Positions 12,322-27,079 of a stretch of DNA of 64,000 nucleotides are shown here, piece after piece; within the stretch, counting starts at the first letter, position 1; every line of letters starts with the position of its first letter. The notes beneath the pieces were generated by a model, which did no database searches, had not been told where the DNA came from, and saw nothing but the letters and a program-made list of their open reading frames with translations. Source of the stretch: Podarcis gaigeae (taxonomy: Eukaryota); assembly GCA_964106915.2 (NCBI GenBank), contig OZ066920.1. One strand, given 5' to 3'. A program made the translations under genes and the position numbers.

Positions 12322-12894
12322 TGTTACACGCCACCTCAATCTCATAGCGGTGTGAGATTCCAGGGGCTCCATACACTCAGCCAGGGTTCATTTTTTATTC
12401 TAAAAATGAGGCACAGCCGAGACTGGGCTGTCTTTAGGATATATGGCCTATTTGCACACATATACAACCTGAGCCTAAGATGGACAGGTTCACTGCATCA
12501 ATATCCCCAAAGAGTCAGCTGCAACCTTGGATTCAAAGAGACATCCAACATTGTGCTCCACCTCTCTGACTTTTCAGCTTGCTGCCTTTACCAGCTTGCA
12601 ACCTGTTTCCCTCTAGGTCACATCACAGCCTACCATCAACTCTAAACTCTGGCTATCTCAGAGCGGGAGGAGCGGCCCCAACCAATTGTCATCTGGCACA
12701 AAGCCCCCCGTCTTTGGCTTTCTTAAGGGTCCATTATCTTTCTTTTGTTCTTTTAATGGCCCAGCTCCCAGGTGATCTCCTGAACACAGAAAGCTGGGTC
12801 CAGGGATTAGGAATCTGGCATCCAGTTTAGCTCCCCAAGTGCTGATTAAATTCTAACACCTACTGGACCCAGCACTTTCCATTGTGTGCTTACT
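12322..12894 (-). mobile_element. Probable solo LTR, about 573 bp
   Basis: Plus strand begins TGTTACA and ends CTTACT (CA mutated to CT). ATAT flanks at 12318-21 and 12895-98 (ACTATATT at both junctions). Higher GC than surroundings. Minus-strand AATAAA at 12399-12394. Confidence 0.5.
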
Positions 12895-14205
12895 ATATTT
12901 TCCCACTCACAGGCACTTAGAAGATGCTGATGCTGCTTTTGCAATCCAGCTATGGAGTACACAAAAGAACAATATCCATTATGGACTTCTCTTGCATAAA
13001 TATAATCATTTCAGGGCCATGCAGCTCTAATTCAATGTTGTGCGTCTCTTATTCACTTCAGTTGGATAAAATCTCAATAGTTCATAGTCATCATTCTCAG
13101 AAAGGCCCAGTTTGAGACTAAATAGCATTTTCTTTTCGGTTTGCATTATTTTACAGTGAGACCAACTTTCCCCTTTTGGAGAAAGATGTTGTTATCTTTC
13201 AGGATGCATCTGTCTGACATTTTCACTGTCAAGCTTAGAAGAAGAAAAAGGTAAAATGATGCCTAGAATACTACTCAGTCTTTATCTATAAATATTGATC
13301 AAGATATAGGAAATATTTGTTTCCTGGCACTTCTGCAAAATGTCTAAATTAGGGGATCAGATTAAAGTATTGCTGGGCAGATTAATGGAACACCATCACT
13401 GTCATTATAATATGCAGGATGAATTTCTGTAAAATAGTACACAGATTATGCAATTATTGGACAACTGAATTTAAAGACTTCCATTTTGCTAGTGAGCTCT
13501 GCAGAACACAACACTTCAATATAATGAAAATGCCATTCATATACCAAAGCAAAATGGCCTAATTCACTAGCAAGCTAAAGACAATGAAAGTGATTGCATA
13601 GGAGTAAAAACAAAAAGACTCGGACTCCATTTTTTATAATTAGATAGAGCAAGGTGCTCATGGAATGCCTCCTGAATATCAAACAGTGGTTTTCAAAAGA
13701 GAACTACAGTGATTGTGGGGGAAATCAAATGCAATTGATAGCACTGATTCAAATTTTAGGTTTTGGCTGCTCCAATTTAGTTTTCTTAATTAAGGGAGTA
13801 ATTTTAACTCTACTTACCTGGGAGTAAGCCCCACTGAATTCAAGTAGCTGTGATTACAATTGCAGTGTTAATAAGTTTATGTTGTAATCAAAAGTAGGAA
13901 AGAACAGATAGGCCATGTATACAAGATCATGTCATATGATGAAACATGATAATGCCTTCTTAATTAAGAACTGGGGAAGGCCTGTCACAAATTGGTAGTC
14001 CACAAATTGGCGGGTCCACTATAGGTACCAATAAGTCCCTACGGCTCCACAGTGTCTCCAGTGTGACTTACTCCCTGAGTTGTGAATATGTGCCATTTGC
14101 ACCAGTGTGAGGAACCATGAATGAACAAATTTCAAGGCGTTTCTCTAATGGAGAATTATACTGAATACAGTGGTTGTGTGAACCGAAGTTGATTCCATTT
14201 TCCAT

Positions 14206-14646
14206 GAGAGATGAAGGAGAAATGAAATTCAGTCTGCATTTAAAGGCAAATTTACTTAATTAACACTTTCTGAAACAATACGTGAAATAAAACACAGCCT
14301 TCCATTGACATTTGCACTTCCCTGAATTTTACAATGCAGTTCTGTGGCCCATTAATGTGTATGAATTGTGTATGTTTGGGGAAATGTGCATGTAAATGCA
14401 TATATGAGGGAAAATAAAAGGCAAAAATACATTGTGCTGGGGAAAAGTATGTCTAAATAATCTGTATATGTGGCAAAAATACATACAAAATGTATGGATT
14501 AAGAGAAATTTACACTAAAATGCTGATGAATCTTCGTGAGAACTTAAAAAAAAGTGAATTGATGTGGAAATGTGAAAACTGAAATTAACATTTGTAAAAA
14601 ATGAAAAACTAAGAGAAATCAAAATTGACATATTCACTCATCCCTA
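14206..14646. mobile_element. Degenerate hAT-like non-autonomous element
   Basis: Ends GAGAGATG.../...CATCCCTA resemble TAGGGATG hAT TIRs. Interior has repeated GGGGAAA/GCATAT-like motifs. TSD not preserved. Confidence 0.4.
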
Positions 14647-17569
14647 TTCTCTGCTCCCAGATGTGCAGTATACTCATCCCCTTCAAAAGGGTGATGATTC
14701 TGTTTTTAAAATAAAGCATATCTTGATCTTTTGAAAGAAAAGGGCAGAGGTTATGTCACCAAAATTAACATTTTTTCCCCTATACAGGAGGGTTTTTATG
14801 ATCCCAGTAAGGAAATTATCACAAAGAATATCTGAATTCCAAAAACATGAATGTAGTTGGAGATGATTAATGTTGATAGAGATATGGTAATTCTGGACTA
14901 TTATTTTAAAGAAAGCTCATAATGATATGCTTTTTAAAATGGAATTTCCTCTTTTCCAACTTAAAGATGCCTGAACAATTTATGCTTTTAGAACCTCTTC
15001 CTTTCCTTTTTGAGGCTTGCTTCCTGCCCTGAATTCTTTCCTAATTGTGTCTGCCTGTCTTTCTGTCAATCTTCCCTCGTGTTCCTGTACCTGTACCTGG
15101 CTTGCTTTTGCCCTGACATATATATACTTTTGTTTTAATTTTTTTCTTAATTAATAAAAATAATAAATACACATCATGGGCATGGTGGGTATACAAAAGA
15201 GAGAGAAATGCATAAATATATATTTTGCTATATAAATATGTATGTGTGTGTGTAAATCAAACATAGTTATGAAAAAAGAAAGAAAGAGCATTAAGGAAAA
15301 TATTAAGGGGAAAAACAAATGAGGTAATTCATGGATGAGGAAAACAAAGAGGAAATGGCTACTTCTAATGAAACTGCATGGAATGTGGAGTCTAAGTCAT
15401 AATGGATGCAAGCAATTTAAACCTTACAAATATGCCAAAATGTGCCACCAAGGGTTCAAACACATGGATTATGGAAAGCCTCTAACGTAAAAAAAAAAAA
15501 AAAGCTCTGCTGCACAACACTAAAAAGAAACAATGCTAGTGAAGGAGAACTATTTCCTCACCACCACAACTATAGGTTAGGTTCGACAGAAAGCTCTAAC
15601 CCATGTGCAATCCAGTTCAGCCCAGGTTTCCCTCCATTTCTGTTCAAGCCACCTTCCCTTCTTGTTTCATTGCCCTCAATTTATGGATATGGGCATACAG
15701 AAGGGGGAAAAGCAATAATGGGCATGAGGCAAGTTTACAATGTATTATCTTAAGTATGTTTTGGTAGCTAGAAAGCGAAGCGCTCTGGCATAAATATACC
15801 CACTTCCTATGTTGCGGTGTATTATTACAATGATACTGGAATTCAAACATAAACCTACTGCGTTTTTGACACACAGATGCTGGCAAAAAGTAATCTGTGC
15901 ATCACTGTAGCTGCGGACAGGAATCTTGCATAAAAACACACAACAGTTTTCACCTACAGTTACTTTTCAACAATTTTCATGTTCTCAAAATGGGATTTCA
16001 GCATCAATTTGTGGCTTGTCAAAATCACACAAGCTCCTGTGGTGGTGGGAAGAAGGAAAGCAGTATGGCATTAAACAAAAAAATTACCTTTGGGTACGAG
16101 AAAATAAAGCAAGAATTGTATTTCTAATACTTGTACAGATTCCTCTCTCTCATTCTTTTAGTGCTTTCAAAGAAGCAACAGTGTCACTTGCCTAGCACCT
16201 CATTCCCCCAACACCAGTGGATATGATCAACTTCACTATCTCCTCCCCAACTTCATATTTCTAAAAAAATGCAAACAAAACACTAGGAGAATGGATAACA
16301 ATATGGGACTCCACCACTTGGTTCTTGTACACTACTCTCTTTGAATCCTCTGTCTTCGTAACATGGCTTAACAACACTAAACTATTTTGAAGGGCTAATG
16401 TAGGCCACTCTCTTGCCTCTCCCACCCAACTGGCAAATTTGGAATAACAGCAATGGCCTTCATTCCCATTAGCCTTGATAGGGCAATTTAAAAATCATTT
16501 ACATGAAATGAAACCCAAGTTAGAAAGAGCAAAGTCCAGTCTTAGCTGCTACGTTTTGTTTGTAGAGAGATATAGCCATGTCCAATCATGACAATATTCA
16601 AAATGAACCAGGAAATCCTTTATTAAGACAGCAAGTGTGTTACTCTAGACTTCTTTTTGCTTCTAAGGATATCACTGCTTCCCTAGAGGTCAATCATAGT
16701 TAAGGACAGTGGAAAGTTGCAGTGGGGTTGTTGCTCACAAAATGACTGAGCAGAATACCACCTGCACATTTTCCCTCATCTCTCTGCTTCAGTAAGAACT
16801 GGATAGTTTTCCTTTTTCTTTAAGGAGAAATTGGAAACCAGACCAGCTAATGGTCAAAACAAGCAGTGGATGGTGTGGCTAGAATTGGGCCAACTGGCCC
16901 ATATAGCAGCCTTGCTGTAAGAAATAAGGGGGGGGGGGACACACACAGACTTTTTGAATCCAGGGCCCCTATTAAGTCTCCAACCTGCTTGAAAGATAAA
17001 CCTGGAATTCCAGATGCTTTGGGGTTGAATCCAACTTGCTGAAGCTTTTATTACATGTCAGCAGGGAGCAGAATTTCAATCATTATTTTCTTCAATATTA
17101 TGCTGTACTGTAAGATTAAATTAATGACTTTAGATATGCATTTTAGGACTGCCAATATAATCCTACTTAAGGCAAACTAAGCAACTTATAAATGATTAGA
17201 AGAAGAGTCATTATATTGCCATGCTCACAACTGGCACAACTTTCTTAAGTCCCCACTTATTTTCAGAAGTAATAGCTTGAACACTTGACACAGGAAAATG
17301 TGGCATATAGTGGGGATGTGGAAAGAAGCAGACAAGTGAAACAGATTTGAAACAAGCAATTGATTTTTCCTTGAAATTCTGATTAAAAAGGGTTTGCTTT
17401 TGGTTTGTTTAATCGAGAGAGAGAAAGAGAGAGAAAGGCCCAAAAGGAATGTATTAGCCATGTGTCACCTTTCCCTCTGAGTTAAGAGTTAGTTAAAGTG
17501 AAGGAAGCTGACGAAATAACCTCTGACATGCTGAATAGATACATTAAGTATAGGAAATCTGGCTAGACT

Positions 17570-17670
17570 CACTGACTGGCCCAAGGTCAACCAATGAACT
17601 TCATGGCTAATCAGGGATGTAAATCCAGCCAACATCTAATATGTTAACCAATACCTTTGCTAACACACTA
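17570..17670 (-). mobile_element. Old CORE-SINE fragment
   Basis: TGACTGGCCCAAGGTCA core is identical to that of the SINE at 34368-34614, followed by a decayed tRNA-like part. Confidence 0.45.
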
Positions 17671-20600
17671 TTCTATGACTGTCAGCTGATCCTAACAGCC
17701 CATCCCTGGGGTCATGGCTATGGGGGCTGCCAGGATGAGCTCCCGAACATTTACTACACCACAAGGGTTGCATGACAGTGGTGGGCAGAGTTAGAGCTAA
17801 AACTGGGCAAGGTGAAAGCTGCCCCTCTCACCTTCCTTCAATTCCATTCTCTCTCTTTCTCTTTCTCTCTTCCTTTATCCTCCCCATTCCTTCCCCTCTT
17901 TTCTCTCTCTTCCTTTGCAATTAGGCTTGGCTTTTTTTTATAAAAAAGTCCCCATTAACACCACTGAAAGCTTTTGGGAAGAGGGCTTTACAGTGTGTAG
18001 GGACTAGAGAATTAGAATTATCCTCCCAACTGTGATCATTGTCACCAGAGCATGCCCAAGCAACAATTAGGCTAAAAATAAGGTTCCATTTGGCATGGAT
18101 GCAAGCTTTTAAAAAGCCAAATTCCTGCATGGGCATGGGGTAAGGAGGGGAGGCAGCAGGGCAGGTAAGAGACTCCACCTTCCACATCCAACCCATGGGC
18201 TTTATGTTCTCCCTTGTTCTATTGCATCAAAGCATTGTGTCCTTCTGGTTGATTGAAATCTTTCATATAAATAGGAGATATAGAAATAAACCATGATTAA
18301 GACCCAAAGGGGAAGAGGGATTTATTTCCAGTAACAAATTGCTGAAGGGATGGGAGGAGACTGCCAGAGCAGGAATCTGCATTAGTGGAGTGATGATCAG
18401 ATACGGCAGGCCTTAGAACTGTTTTCTTTAGAAAGAATGTGTGATATACATAATTGTATCTGCTCAGTCTGTCAAAATTCTATTTGGGGGGGGGGGAGGG
18501 TAAATGTTATGCATTGGTAGTTTGTACTAATCAATACCAGCTGACGACAGTGTGTTTCCCTTCCAGGCAAAAACTTATTTCACTACAACAAATGTTCTTT
18601 AAATTAAATAAATAGGGTTGTATCATGGCTCTTTCACAGAAAATAAGCTGAAATTATGTGATGGAACACAATCTCACTATTTCTTCAGCAATGTTTTGAA
18701 AGCACTCACATGCTAACATATCCACCTGCGGTAGAATATGAAATATGAAAAACCATTGTACTATGAAACAGTATTAGGATTAGGATTTTAAGAGGAAATT
18801 AAACTGTATACTGTCTCTTTTTCCTATGAACAGTTTATACCTTTGTAAGCCAATTCTTAGAAAAACTATAGCATCTTTTTTATATAAGTGCAATACTATT
18901 TTCTTGAGATTTGTAGATCACACTTAAATTAATTCAATCTGTTTGGCTCAATTGTTTCAGTTTTCCAGAGGCTGAAAACTTACTTTTCAACAACTGCTGT
19001 GTGCTGAAATAGGCCTAAACCAGTGGCTTCGTCCAGTATGCACCATAACTGTCAGGTTTGCCAATAAATTAGATTATTTTTCAGCTGTTCTAAAAACTCC
19101 ATTGCAGTTGATCTGTCTAGTCTAGTTTCTCCCTTGCAGAGCAGAAATCAGAACAGATGTTGCATTTGTGAATATAGTATTTTCTCTCTCTGAATTGAAA
19201 TATAAAAATAAAGAAATTCTCAATGTTAAATTTGAGAAGTTATAAAGTGTCAGGAGGAAACAGGTAATGATATGGACCAATGGCTGACCAGCAGTTTAAT
19301 GTGTTTGATCACACTTCTGTATTACAATTATCAAATTCAAATGGTTCATTATACCTTAAACAGCATTTTACGCCATCACCAAAATAAGCAGAGTGCTCTA
19401 CCAACATGGCCAGGCATAAACTCTGTAGATGCTGAACAATTAAAAAATAATTGCCTTTCACAGATATAGTCTACAGAACAATGTATTTTGACAGGCTTTT
19501 AAAATCTAATTTTAATATTAGTGCCATGTAAATGGTATGGTATATTAATTAATAGTGAGCATATAAATTTAATCAATCAATCAATCAATCAGATGTGGGG
19601 TACATATATGAAAGTTGCCACCTTGTTGAATAAACTAGTTGGCTTCCACTCAGCCACAAAGTAGGTCATCTAAATGTCAACAAAATTATGTACACTAGCT
19701 AAAATACTACTGAACAGCAATTAACTTTCGTGGTTCTTTATTGCCAAGCTGCTTGAAGTCAATAGACTTCAAAAGCAGTTTAAGGGATTTGTTCAAAAAT
19801 AACTAGAAGAACCTTGAGATATGTCTAGATCTGTCCTATGGATCACAGCCAATGTATTTTGCAAAAAATAATATTGCAAAGTAGAAATCATTACACAGCT
19901 ATCATTCCATTTTCCCCTTCTTTAGGAAAAAAAGCCTATTAATCTGAATAGTTATGTAAGAATAGTAACTTACAAAAATATATTCCCAGACAGGAGACTG
20001 ATTTTAAATTATTTGTTCAGCTATTATGAAACCTGATCTAACTCTATATACACACTGATGTAATGCAGTAAATATGAAGGACTGAAGTAGTTAAATGAGC
20101 TCATTCAAAAAAGGCCACATATTTTCTATTTTTATTGGAAATTATACTGATCACATACAGCTTAAAAAATGTTGCTTTTGAGGTTCTGAGCAGATACTGA
20201 GAAAGATGTCATACGTTGTATGGTTTTCATGATATGGACTGAAAATAAAAATATTTATGTCCTGTCAGAGCAACATACCTACAGTAGACCCAACTAATGA
20301 GTCCAAACATTTCACCAATGATAGATTGACACAACTAGGGCTATGGCTAAACTGTGGGAGTTCCATATTATATTCTGCACACCTTTGGATTATACTGATC
20401 ACAGTAGCCTTTCCAAATATTCATAATTCTCCATGCTGACCTTGACACCACTCTTGGAGCAGCATGGATGTAGAACACCATGCTGTCCAGCTGAATAGGA
20501 TCGGTTTCAGTGGGTGCAGCCTGATTAAGTACTTGGACAGATATAAGTAACTACCTGCATACTTTGCCATCTCTCTGTTGATGACTGATGGGGTGGATCA

Positions 20601-22703
20601 AGAAGTTTATTAATGTCTCCTCTTGAAGAATCAAAAAGGCTCCACTCCTTTGGTCTCTTTCCTGAGATTGTTCTGGTGTTAAAAACCAGGCCTGAAGACA
20701 GATTGAAATGGATCTAGATAATCCACCAATCATTTAAGCACCTTGTACAAGGTTCTCAGCTGTCCAGAGAGGACAACCTTCTTGGACAAGAGAGCTTGGT
20801 TCAGTACTGCAATATAAAGATAACTTGAGGCTGTAAGTAAGACTGAAATGAAGAACACTGGAGATTTAAACTTCACTTCCACAAGTGTGGTACTTAGATT
20901 GGGTAAACTTTATCATTTACAGGTATTAATTTAAAATTGCAGATTCGGAATTGTGATCAATTTCAGTTATCCAAGAGGCAGTCAAGGCAAGATGACACTT
21001 TCTTTGTCTGAATTTAGTTCATCGGGCCCAGAAATTGGAGAACTAATCTATAATCTATGGGAGCTGATGATGACAACTGCTGCAATAGGAAATAGATACG
21101 ATCCTTTTTCTACAAGGCAGCATCTTCCTTGGTAATTAGTAGATTTGGGTAAGATTAAAGTGAGCTGCTCAGTATGACATAACTACACTCTTAATAAAAT
21201 AGCCTGCTGCTGGGAGGCAACACTGTAATATTGTAAAATCACTTGGCAGAACCACTGAAATGTTCATTTGACTCAGGGAGCGATCAAACAACAATGAACA
21301 GCCAAACAGAACTCAAAATGGTTTCATATAAAATTGAGCACCACTATGGCATAGCTTATCTGAAAAAAAGTGTAATTGCAGCATTAACTTCTCAGAACAA
21401 TATTATTTCGGAAGATAACAGTTTTTGGAACCGAAACCACAGAGTGAATGTACGGTAAAAGTCTTTTGCAAACAACACCAGATGTTCTATTGGCTCCAGG
21501 GCATCAAGTGGCTGGAGATTTCACTTTGGTGGGAGGGGAGATAGAGCATGTGGCTGTGCTCCACATGTGCCTGTGTTTGGCTGTGGTGCATGCATGTGAA
21601 CACACTTGTGTGTTCAACAGTTTCTCTGGTTTGCAAGTGTGCCCAAGGGCCCCAAAGGGTTGGCACCCCTGGTTTAATCACAAAATTAAAGCGGGACCCA
21701 GAGCAGAGGGTCGAGTTCAAGATTGCCCCGAATGAAACTCAGACACCAAACTCTCCATAAATATAAGCTTGATGTAAGGAAGGCTGCAAAAGCAGACAGC
21801 AGGAATCAGATAGAAGTCTGACATCCACACAAAACGGGTCATGGTCCTGAGGCGTCATTTCCATAAATTGTCTCTAATACTGAAACATGTGGAAGAGCAA
21901 ATTAGGAAATGAGCGCAAGAGAAAACAAGCTGGCTAGGTCAGAAGCATTTTGAAGCCTTTTGGTTTGGAGTTTGTCTTTTTTACTGCTGATACGATGTAT
22001 ACTTTTGTTCCATGCAGGAAACAACTCTTGCTGCCTGGATTTTTAGTCTCTCCCTGCAAATCACTTCTGTACTTTGCCTCGTGGCTTTACTGTTTAATCA
22101 CAATCTTTGGTATATTCTGGGAACTAGTAATTAATTAATTTATAACCCGCCCTTCCTCCCAAAGGAGCCAAGGGCAGCAAACACACAAGCAATAAAAGAA
22201 TTAAAACATCCAAATACAATTCCAATACAGATGCCAACTGGGAAAGATTGCTATACTAATTTGTTATTTCAAAACTGGCAGTGAACAAAACAAATAAATG
22301 GTTTTATGAACACTAGAATGGGCAACACAATAAAATACTTGATCTATTGTACTGCTGTACACTGCACCTGGGGATGCTTGGTTCATAGGACTACTGCAAC
22401 ATTCTGGCCATTTTTACTCCATCTATCTCCTGATTTACGCCCCTTAAACCTTTCTCTTTCTCTTTCCTTTATAGAAAAAAAGGCATGGAATATGAACATT
22501 ATCTGTAGGAAAAGAGCCATAATACCTGCCACAAGAAATGGCCATTCAGTACTATGACTTTCCTCAAACCAGCCAGCTTAACATCACCAGATGTTGCCTC
22601 CTCAAACTGTTCCTTTCGAAAACCCAATATCCATTGTAACTGTGATTGTCAAAAGCACAAGCACAACTCTAGGGATCATAAGTAGCCTATCTAATTAGAA
22701 CTA

Positions 22704-22945
22704 CAGTGGTACCTCGGGTTAAGTACTTAATTCGTTCCGGAGGTCTGTTCTTAACCTGAAACTGTTCTTAACCTGAAGCACCACTTTAGCTAATGGGGCC
22801 TCCTGCTGCTGCCGCACCGCCGGAGCCCGATTTCTGTTCTCATCCTCAAGCAAAGTTCTTAACCCGAGGTACTATTTCTGGGTTAGTGGAGTCTTTAACC
22901 TGAAGTGTATGTAACCTGAAGCGTATGTAACCTGAGGTACCACTG
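22704..22945 (+). mobile_element. Tigger/pogo-like MITE, copy 1 (242 bp)
   Basis: TIRs CAGTGGTACCTCGGGTTA / TAACCTGAGGTACCACTG with TA TSD. Near-identical to 25080-25305 and 59167-59372. Confidence 0.92.
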
Positions 22946-23446
22946 TATATAGCTTGCAAACTAAAAAAAACTAAAACAAAATAACAATGCAGACTAAAAT
23001 CATGACAAGAAGTCAATGGATGCTTTGCTTTCGTTTGCATTATTGAGAGCTTCAGAGCAGGTAGGACAGGGCACATGCATCAATGCGGCTGATTGGGCAA
23101 TGGGTTTGCCACTTGCCTTTGCTTTCAAGGCGCATGCCCCTCCCCTTATCCTCTAGCAGCTGATTTGGCCTCTTTCTGATGTACCTTTTAAAATCGCTAT
23201 TCAAGGCTCAGGGGAGCTGCTTATGCAAGTTGCTCTTGCATGGTTGGAAGATTGTTTAAATGACCCAGCAACGTGGGTAAGAGGTAGTCACCTGGGAGGG
23301 CTGGGCTGAATCCATGGGAAAGGCCCCTGCCAACAATGTTGAGTAATTGTGAAACTTCCTCCTAGTTGGTTATGGGTAAGCACTTAAGTGTAGCCTTAAA
23401 CACAAACAAGCTGTTTGAGGATTCAAAAAGGGAAAAGAATAAAGGT

Positions 23447-23525
23447 GGCAATCCTAACCCCACTTACTTGGGAGTAGGCCCACTTCATTAAATAGGACTT
23501 CAAAGTAGATATGGCTAGGATTGCA
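23447..23525. mobile_element. Short (about 80 bp) palindromic MITE-like repeat; related decayed copies near 13805-13866 and 37356-37437
   Basis: GCAATCCTA...TAGGATTGC inverted ends with an internal CTTACTTGGGAGTA/GGACTT motif that recurs elsewhere in the window. Confidence 0.5.
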
Positions 23526-25079
23526 ATGAAAATAGTTCTCTGGGCAGCTGAGGAGGGTGACTAAGTAAAGTATTTACAGATAACTTAAAAATCTATTAGA
23601 AGTATATTAAGGAAAACAATATTCGGTGATTAAGTATGTAAGGGTTAAGTTAAATGTGGATGTTAAATATAAAGAGACCTTGAACAAATTAGTAAAATAG
23701 AAGAATGGAAGATTTTTGTACTAGTGTTTATTATACTAAATACTGCTTGATGAAATGGATGTTTTGGTAAGTTTGTTAAAACATAAAGAAGAGTAACAAG
23801 ATTCTTGTTTTCTCTCTCCCAGATTCATGCTTATAAGTGGGAGGCCTTAACAGGATCATCTGGTTTTTCTTCTTCTAGAAAGCTCTTATATATTATGAGA
23901 AAAGATTGCATTGGCTCGATAAAGTGGCTGAACAAAGAGATAGGTGTTGCTGCCACAGAATATATTATGATTTCTCTGAAAAATCTTCGAAGTTTTGCAT
24001 GCTTTTCTGTTTGCTTTTAGTACAATAAAAAACATGCAATAAGAAATGAAGCTGTTGTAAGAAAAGCAGAATGTTAAAAAAAAAGCCAACATAATTGAAT
24101 AAAGAAGTTGAGAGAGGTAAAAATTATTTCTAGCACAAGGCTGATGCAGTCCAGCAGCAGAAGTTTCCAGTGCCTGCAGCTGTCTGACTTGCTGGTTTCC
24201 ATCACCATTGCTTGATGTTTGTCCCCTGTGTAATGAGGAGGTAGCATATCAGATTCCTGCAGATGCTGGCAACGGAAAGCAAAGCTTTGACATCCTGTCA
24301 CAAGGATGACAGGACAAAATGGCCTGCACTAAACAACAGTTCGAGCAGGGTAATTTGATGTATCGAGTTCTTAAGCTTCTCAGATGCTGAAGTCAGCTTG
24401 GCATGCAAGATAAGGGTGGAACGTTTACTTTGCTGGATAGCCTGGTGTTATGCAGAACTAAAGAAGAAGGAATTAAAACTCTGTAGGGAAACCTGGGGAA
24501 TCTGAAAATATGCTTCCCCTAGCCTCTTCTTATCAAGCAATATCAAAAAAATAAAGATAGATACTTCATTTATCTGTTAAGCAGCTGGGAGTAGTGTTGT
24601 TACTCTGTTGTGCTTCTCTGAGATTTTTTTAAATCTACTGGTTTTGCTAGTTTTATTTTAGTGTGTCATTCACTGCACTGCATTTTAAAATTTCCTTTTT
24701 AACTGTTAAGCCGCCCTGGAGACATGGAGAGTTGCAATGTGGGGTGTAAATGTAGATAAATAATTCACTCTTTCAGTTTCCATGTGTTTCAAGTTATTTA
24801 ATGTTCATTAACTTTTATAAACAAATTCTGTAACTTTATATCAAAACCTATTTTCACATTTTCCCCGATTTTATAGAAATATAAATGGTCTGTAACCTTA
24901 ATTTACCACTAACAATACCACAATCACCACCCTTTCCCTCTCACAAACACATCATTTCTTCTCAATATTATGAGGTTTCCTTTCCATCCTATTCTGAGAT
25001 TTATAGGTGAAATCTACATGTGCATTTGTGTGTGAGAGAGAGATGGGGGGGAGGGAAAGGAGAGACAACATTTTGAGTA

Positions 25080-25305
25080 CAGTGGTACCTCGGGTTAAGT
25101 ACTTAATTCGTTCCGGAGGTTTGTTCTTAACCTGAAACTGTTATTAACCTGAAGCACCACTTTAGCTAATGGGGTCTCCTGCTGCTGCCGCACCGCCGGA
25201 GCACAATTTCTGTTCTTATCCTGAAGCAAAGTTCTTAACCTGAAGCACTATTTCTGGGTTAGCCGAGTGTGTAACCTGAAGCGTATGTAACCTGAGGTAC
25301 CATTG
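25080..25305 (+). mobile_element. Tigger/pogo-like MITE, copy 2 (226 bp)
   Basis: Same TIRs as copy 1 (right end ...GAGGTACCATTG), TA at both ends. Confidence 0.92.
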
Positions 25306-26946
25306 TATGCTAACACTTCTCTCTTCTTATCCAAGGGCCATTTCATGAGTTACAAAGTTTAGTGTGGTATATGTGAGGCACATGAAATGTTGAACATACA
25401 TACATATTTGTATATTGCGGAGAAATCATCTCATTTCTTGAGATTTCCAGTGGGAGACACAGCTTTATAAGCAATCATATAGGACAGGGTGGCTGTTAGG
25501 ACTGCAGACCTGTCAGTCACCTGACAGAATCATGACATTGCCATCAATGTCAAGGAAAGAACTGGGAACGCATTCTAGGTGAACTTCCTATTTTTCCTTT
25601 GAAGCTCAGCTTCAACGCCCTAGTGCAGCCAATCCTAGCAGGGCTTGCTCTAAGCATTAAATTTAGCCCAAAGGCCTGAGATTTCCCACTGACAATGTAG
25701 GACAAGGATCAGCTCTAAGGCCAAACTTGGCCCTCTGAATAGCAACTGCTTGCTTTCATGCAATTGCTAACCCAGAGACAAAAGAGGTGTTTGTGACTGA
25801 AAGCAAGGAAGTTGCTATTGGAGCAAAATTTGCTGGCAGTTCACACTGGGAGATAGGTAGCACGCCACACCTCCCTCAAAGTGCCCCCCCTCAAAGTAGT
25901 TGCTGAGCAAGCATGGAGAAAACTTGCACACAGAAATCCCTAAAGCATTCAGAAGAGTAGGGTGCAAACCTGCCTCATACTTCCTCAGGCTTGAACTAGA
26001 CATTACAGCAAACACAAAGTTGCCATCCAAAACAGCCATCCATTTTTCTTTCCTCTCCTTTGGCTTGTAACATCTAGGGATGCTGAACGCATAACATGTC
26101 ACCACACGATAATTTTCCCTGCCCTGGCAAGGAGCAGCGAATGACGCGTAGTGGCTGGGGGGAAATGTGCAGCCTGATGACATCATACTTGAATATGACT
26201 AGACATTACAAGGGAGAACGGAGGAGACAACAGAGGGCTGATGTTTTCTGCATCAGACTCGGGGTTGCCATAACATCAAATTCCAACCCCAGTCTTGTTT
26301 GTAAATCAAGATTCTATTCAATAGACTGAAATCCTCACTTCTCTCATGTTGAAATAAACTAACTGCAATGCAACTTCCAAATGGAAACTAAGACCCACCA
26401 CAGTAGGGTAGGTCTTAACACTATAAATGATTTTGTGCTGTCATTTGGGAAACTAATCAGCCCCCCAAACCCAAAGAAGTTGAATTCCTGCTTTCACAGT
26501 CATGGTCTTTTGGATGAAGAAGATGTAGATAACACATTGTAAATTTTTTTTTAAAGGGACTATGCTTACATAGGCGTATTTTATTTTATTTATTTCCAGT
26601 GTATGACTGGATCCCATTGCAGAACATTGCTAGTGAAATAGAACATTTACTCTGAACACTGTGGTGCATGACAATAAATTTCACACCTCATTAGTCAAGG
26701 AAACCTTAAACTTTTTATCAATGCTTGGTGGATTGATATTCATGACAGATTTCTTTCATCACCTCAATTTAAGATTCCATGGTTGGAAAAATTACTCACT
26801 ACAAGAAAATTCTGGTGCATGCTGTATTAATTCAAACTACATAAGAGGCAGCCACAGGGATGATATAACTTGGAAAACTCCCACACCCTGCATTTGCCAA
26901 TTCAAGATCCTTTACAAAGCATCACAGTGATGTCTTCCCTCTATCT

Positions 26947-27079
26947 TAAGGTTAACAGACGTCCCCGTTTCCCGGGGACAGTCCCTGGATTTACAAATCA
27001 GTCCCCTGACAAAATCCTATCATTCCTATTGAAGTTGAAAAGTGCCCCCAGATTCATTGAAAAAAAATTGGTAACCTTA
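26947..27079. mobile_element. hAT MITE, 133 bp
   Basis: TIRs TAAGGTTAACA / TGGTAACCTTA. 8-bp TSD CTCTATCT (26939-46) versus CTCTGTCT (27080-87). Confidence 0.8.

Noticed and set aside
21490-21672. hAT-like end GGTTGGCACCCCTG
   Set aside because: No matching left TIR or TSD could be located; too decayed to delimit.
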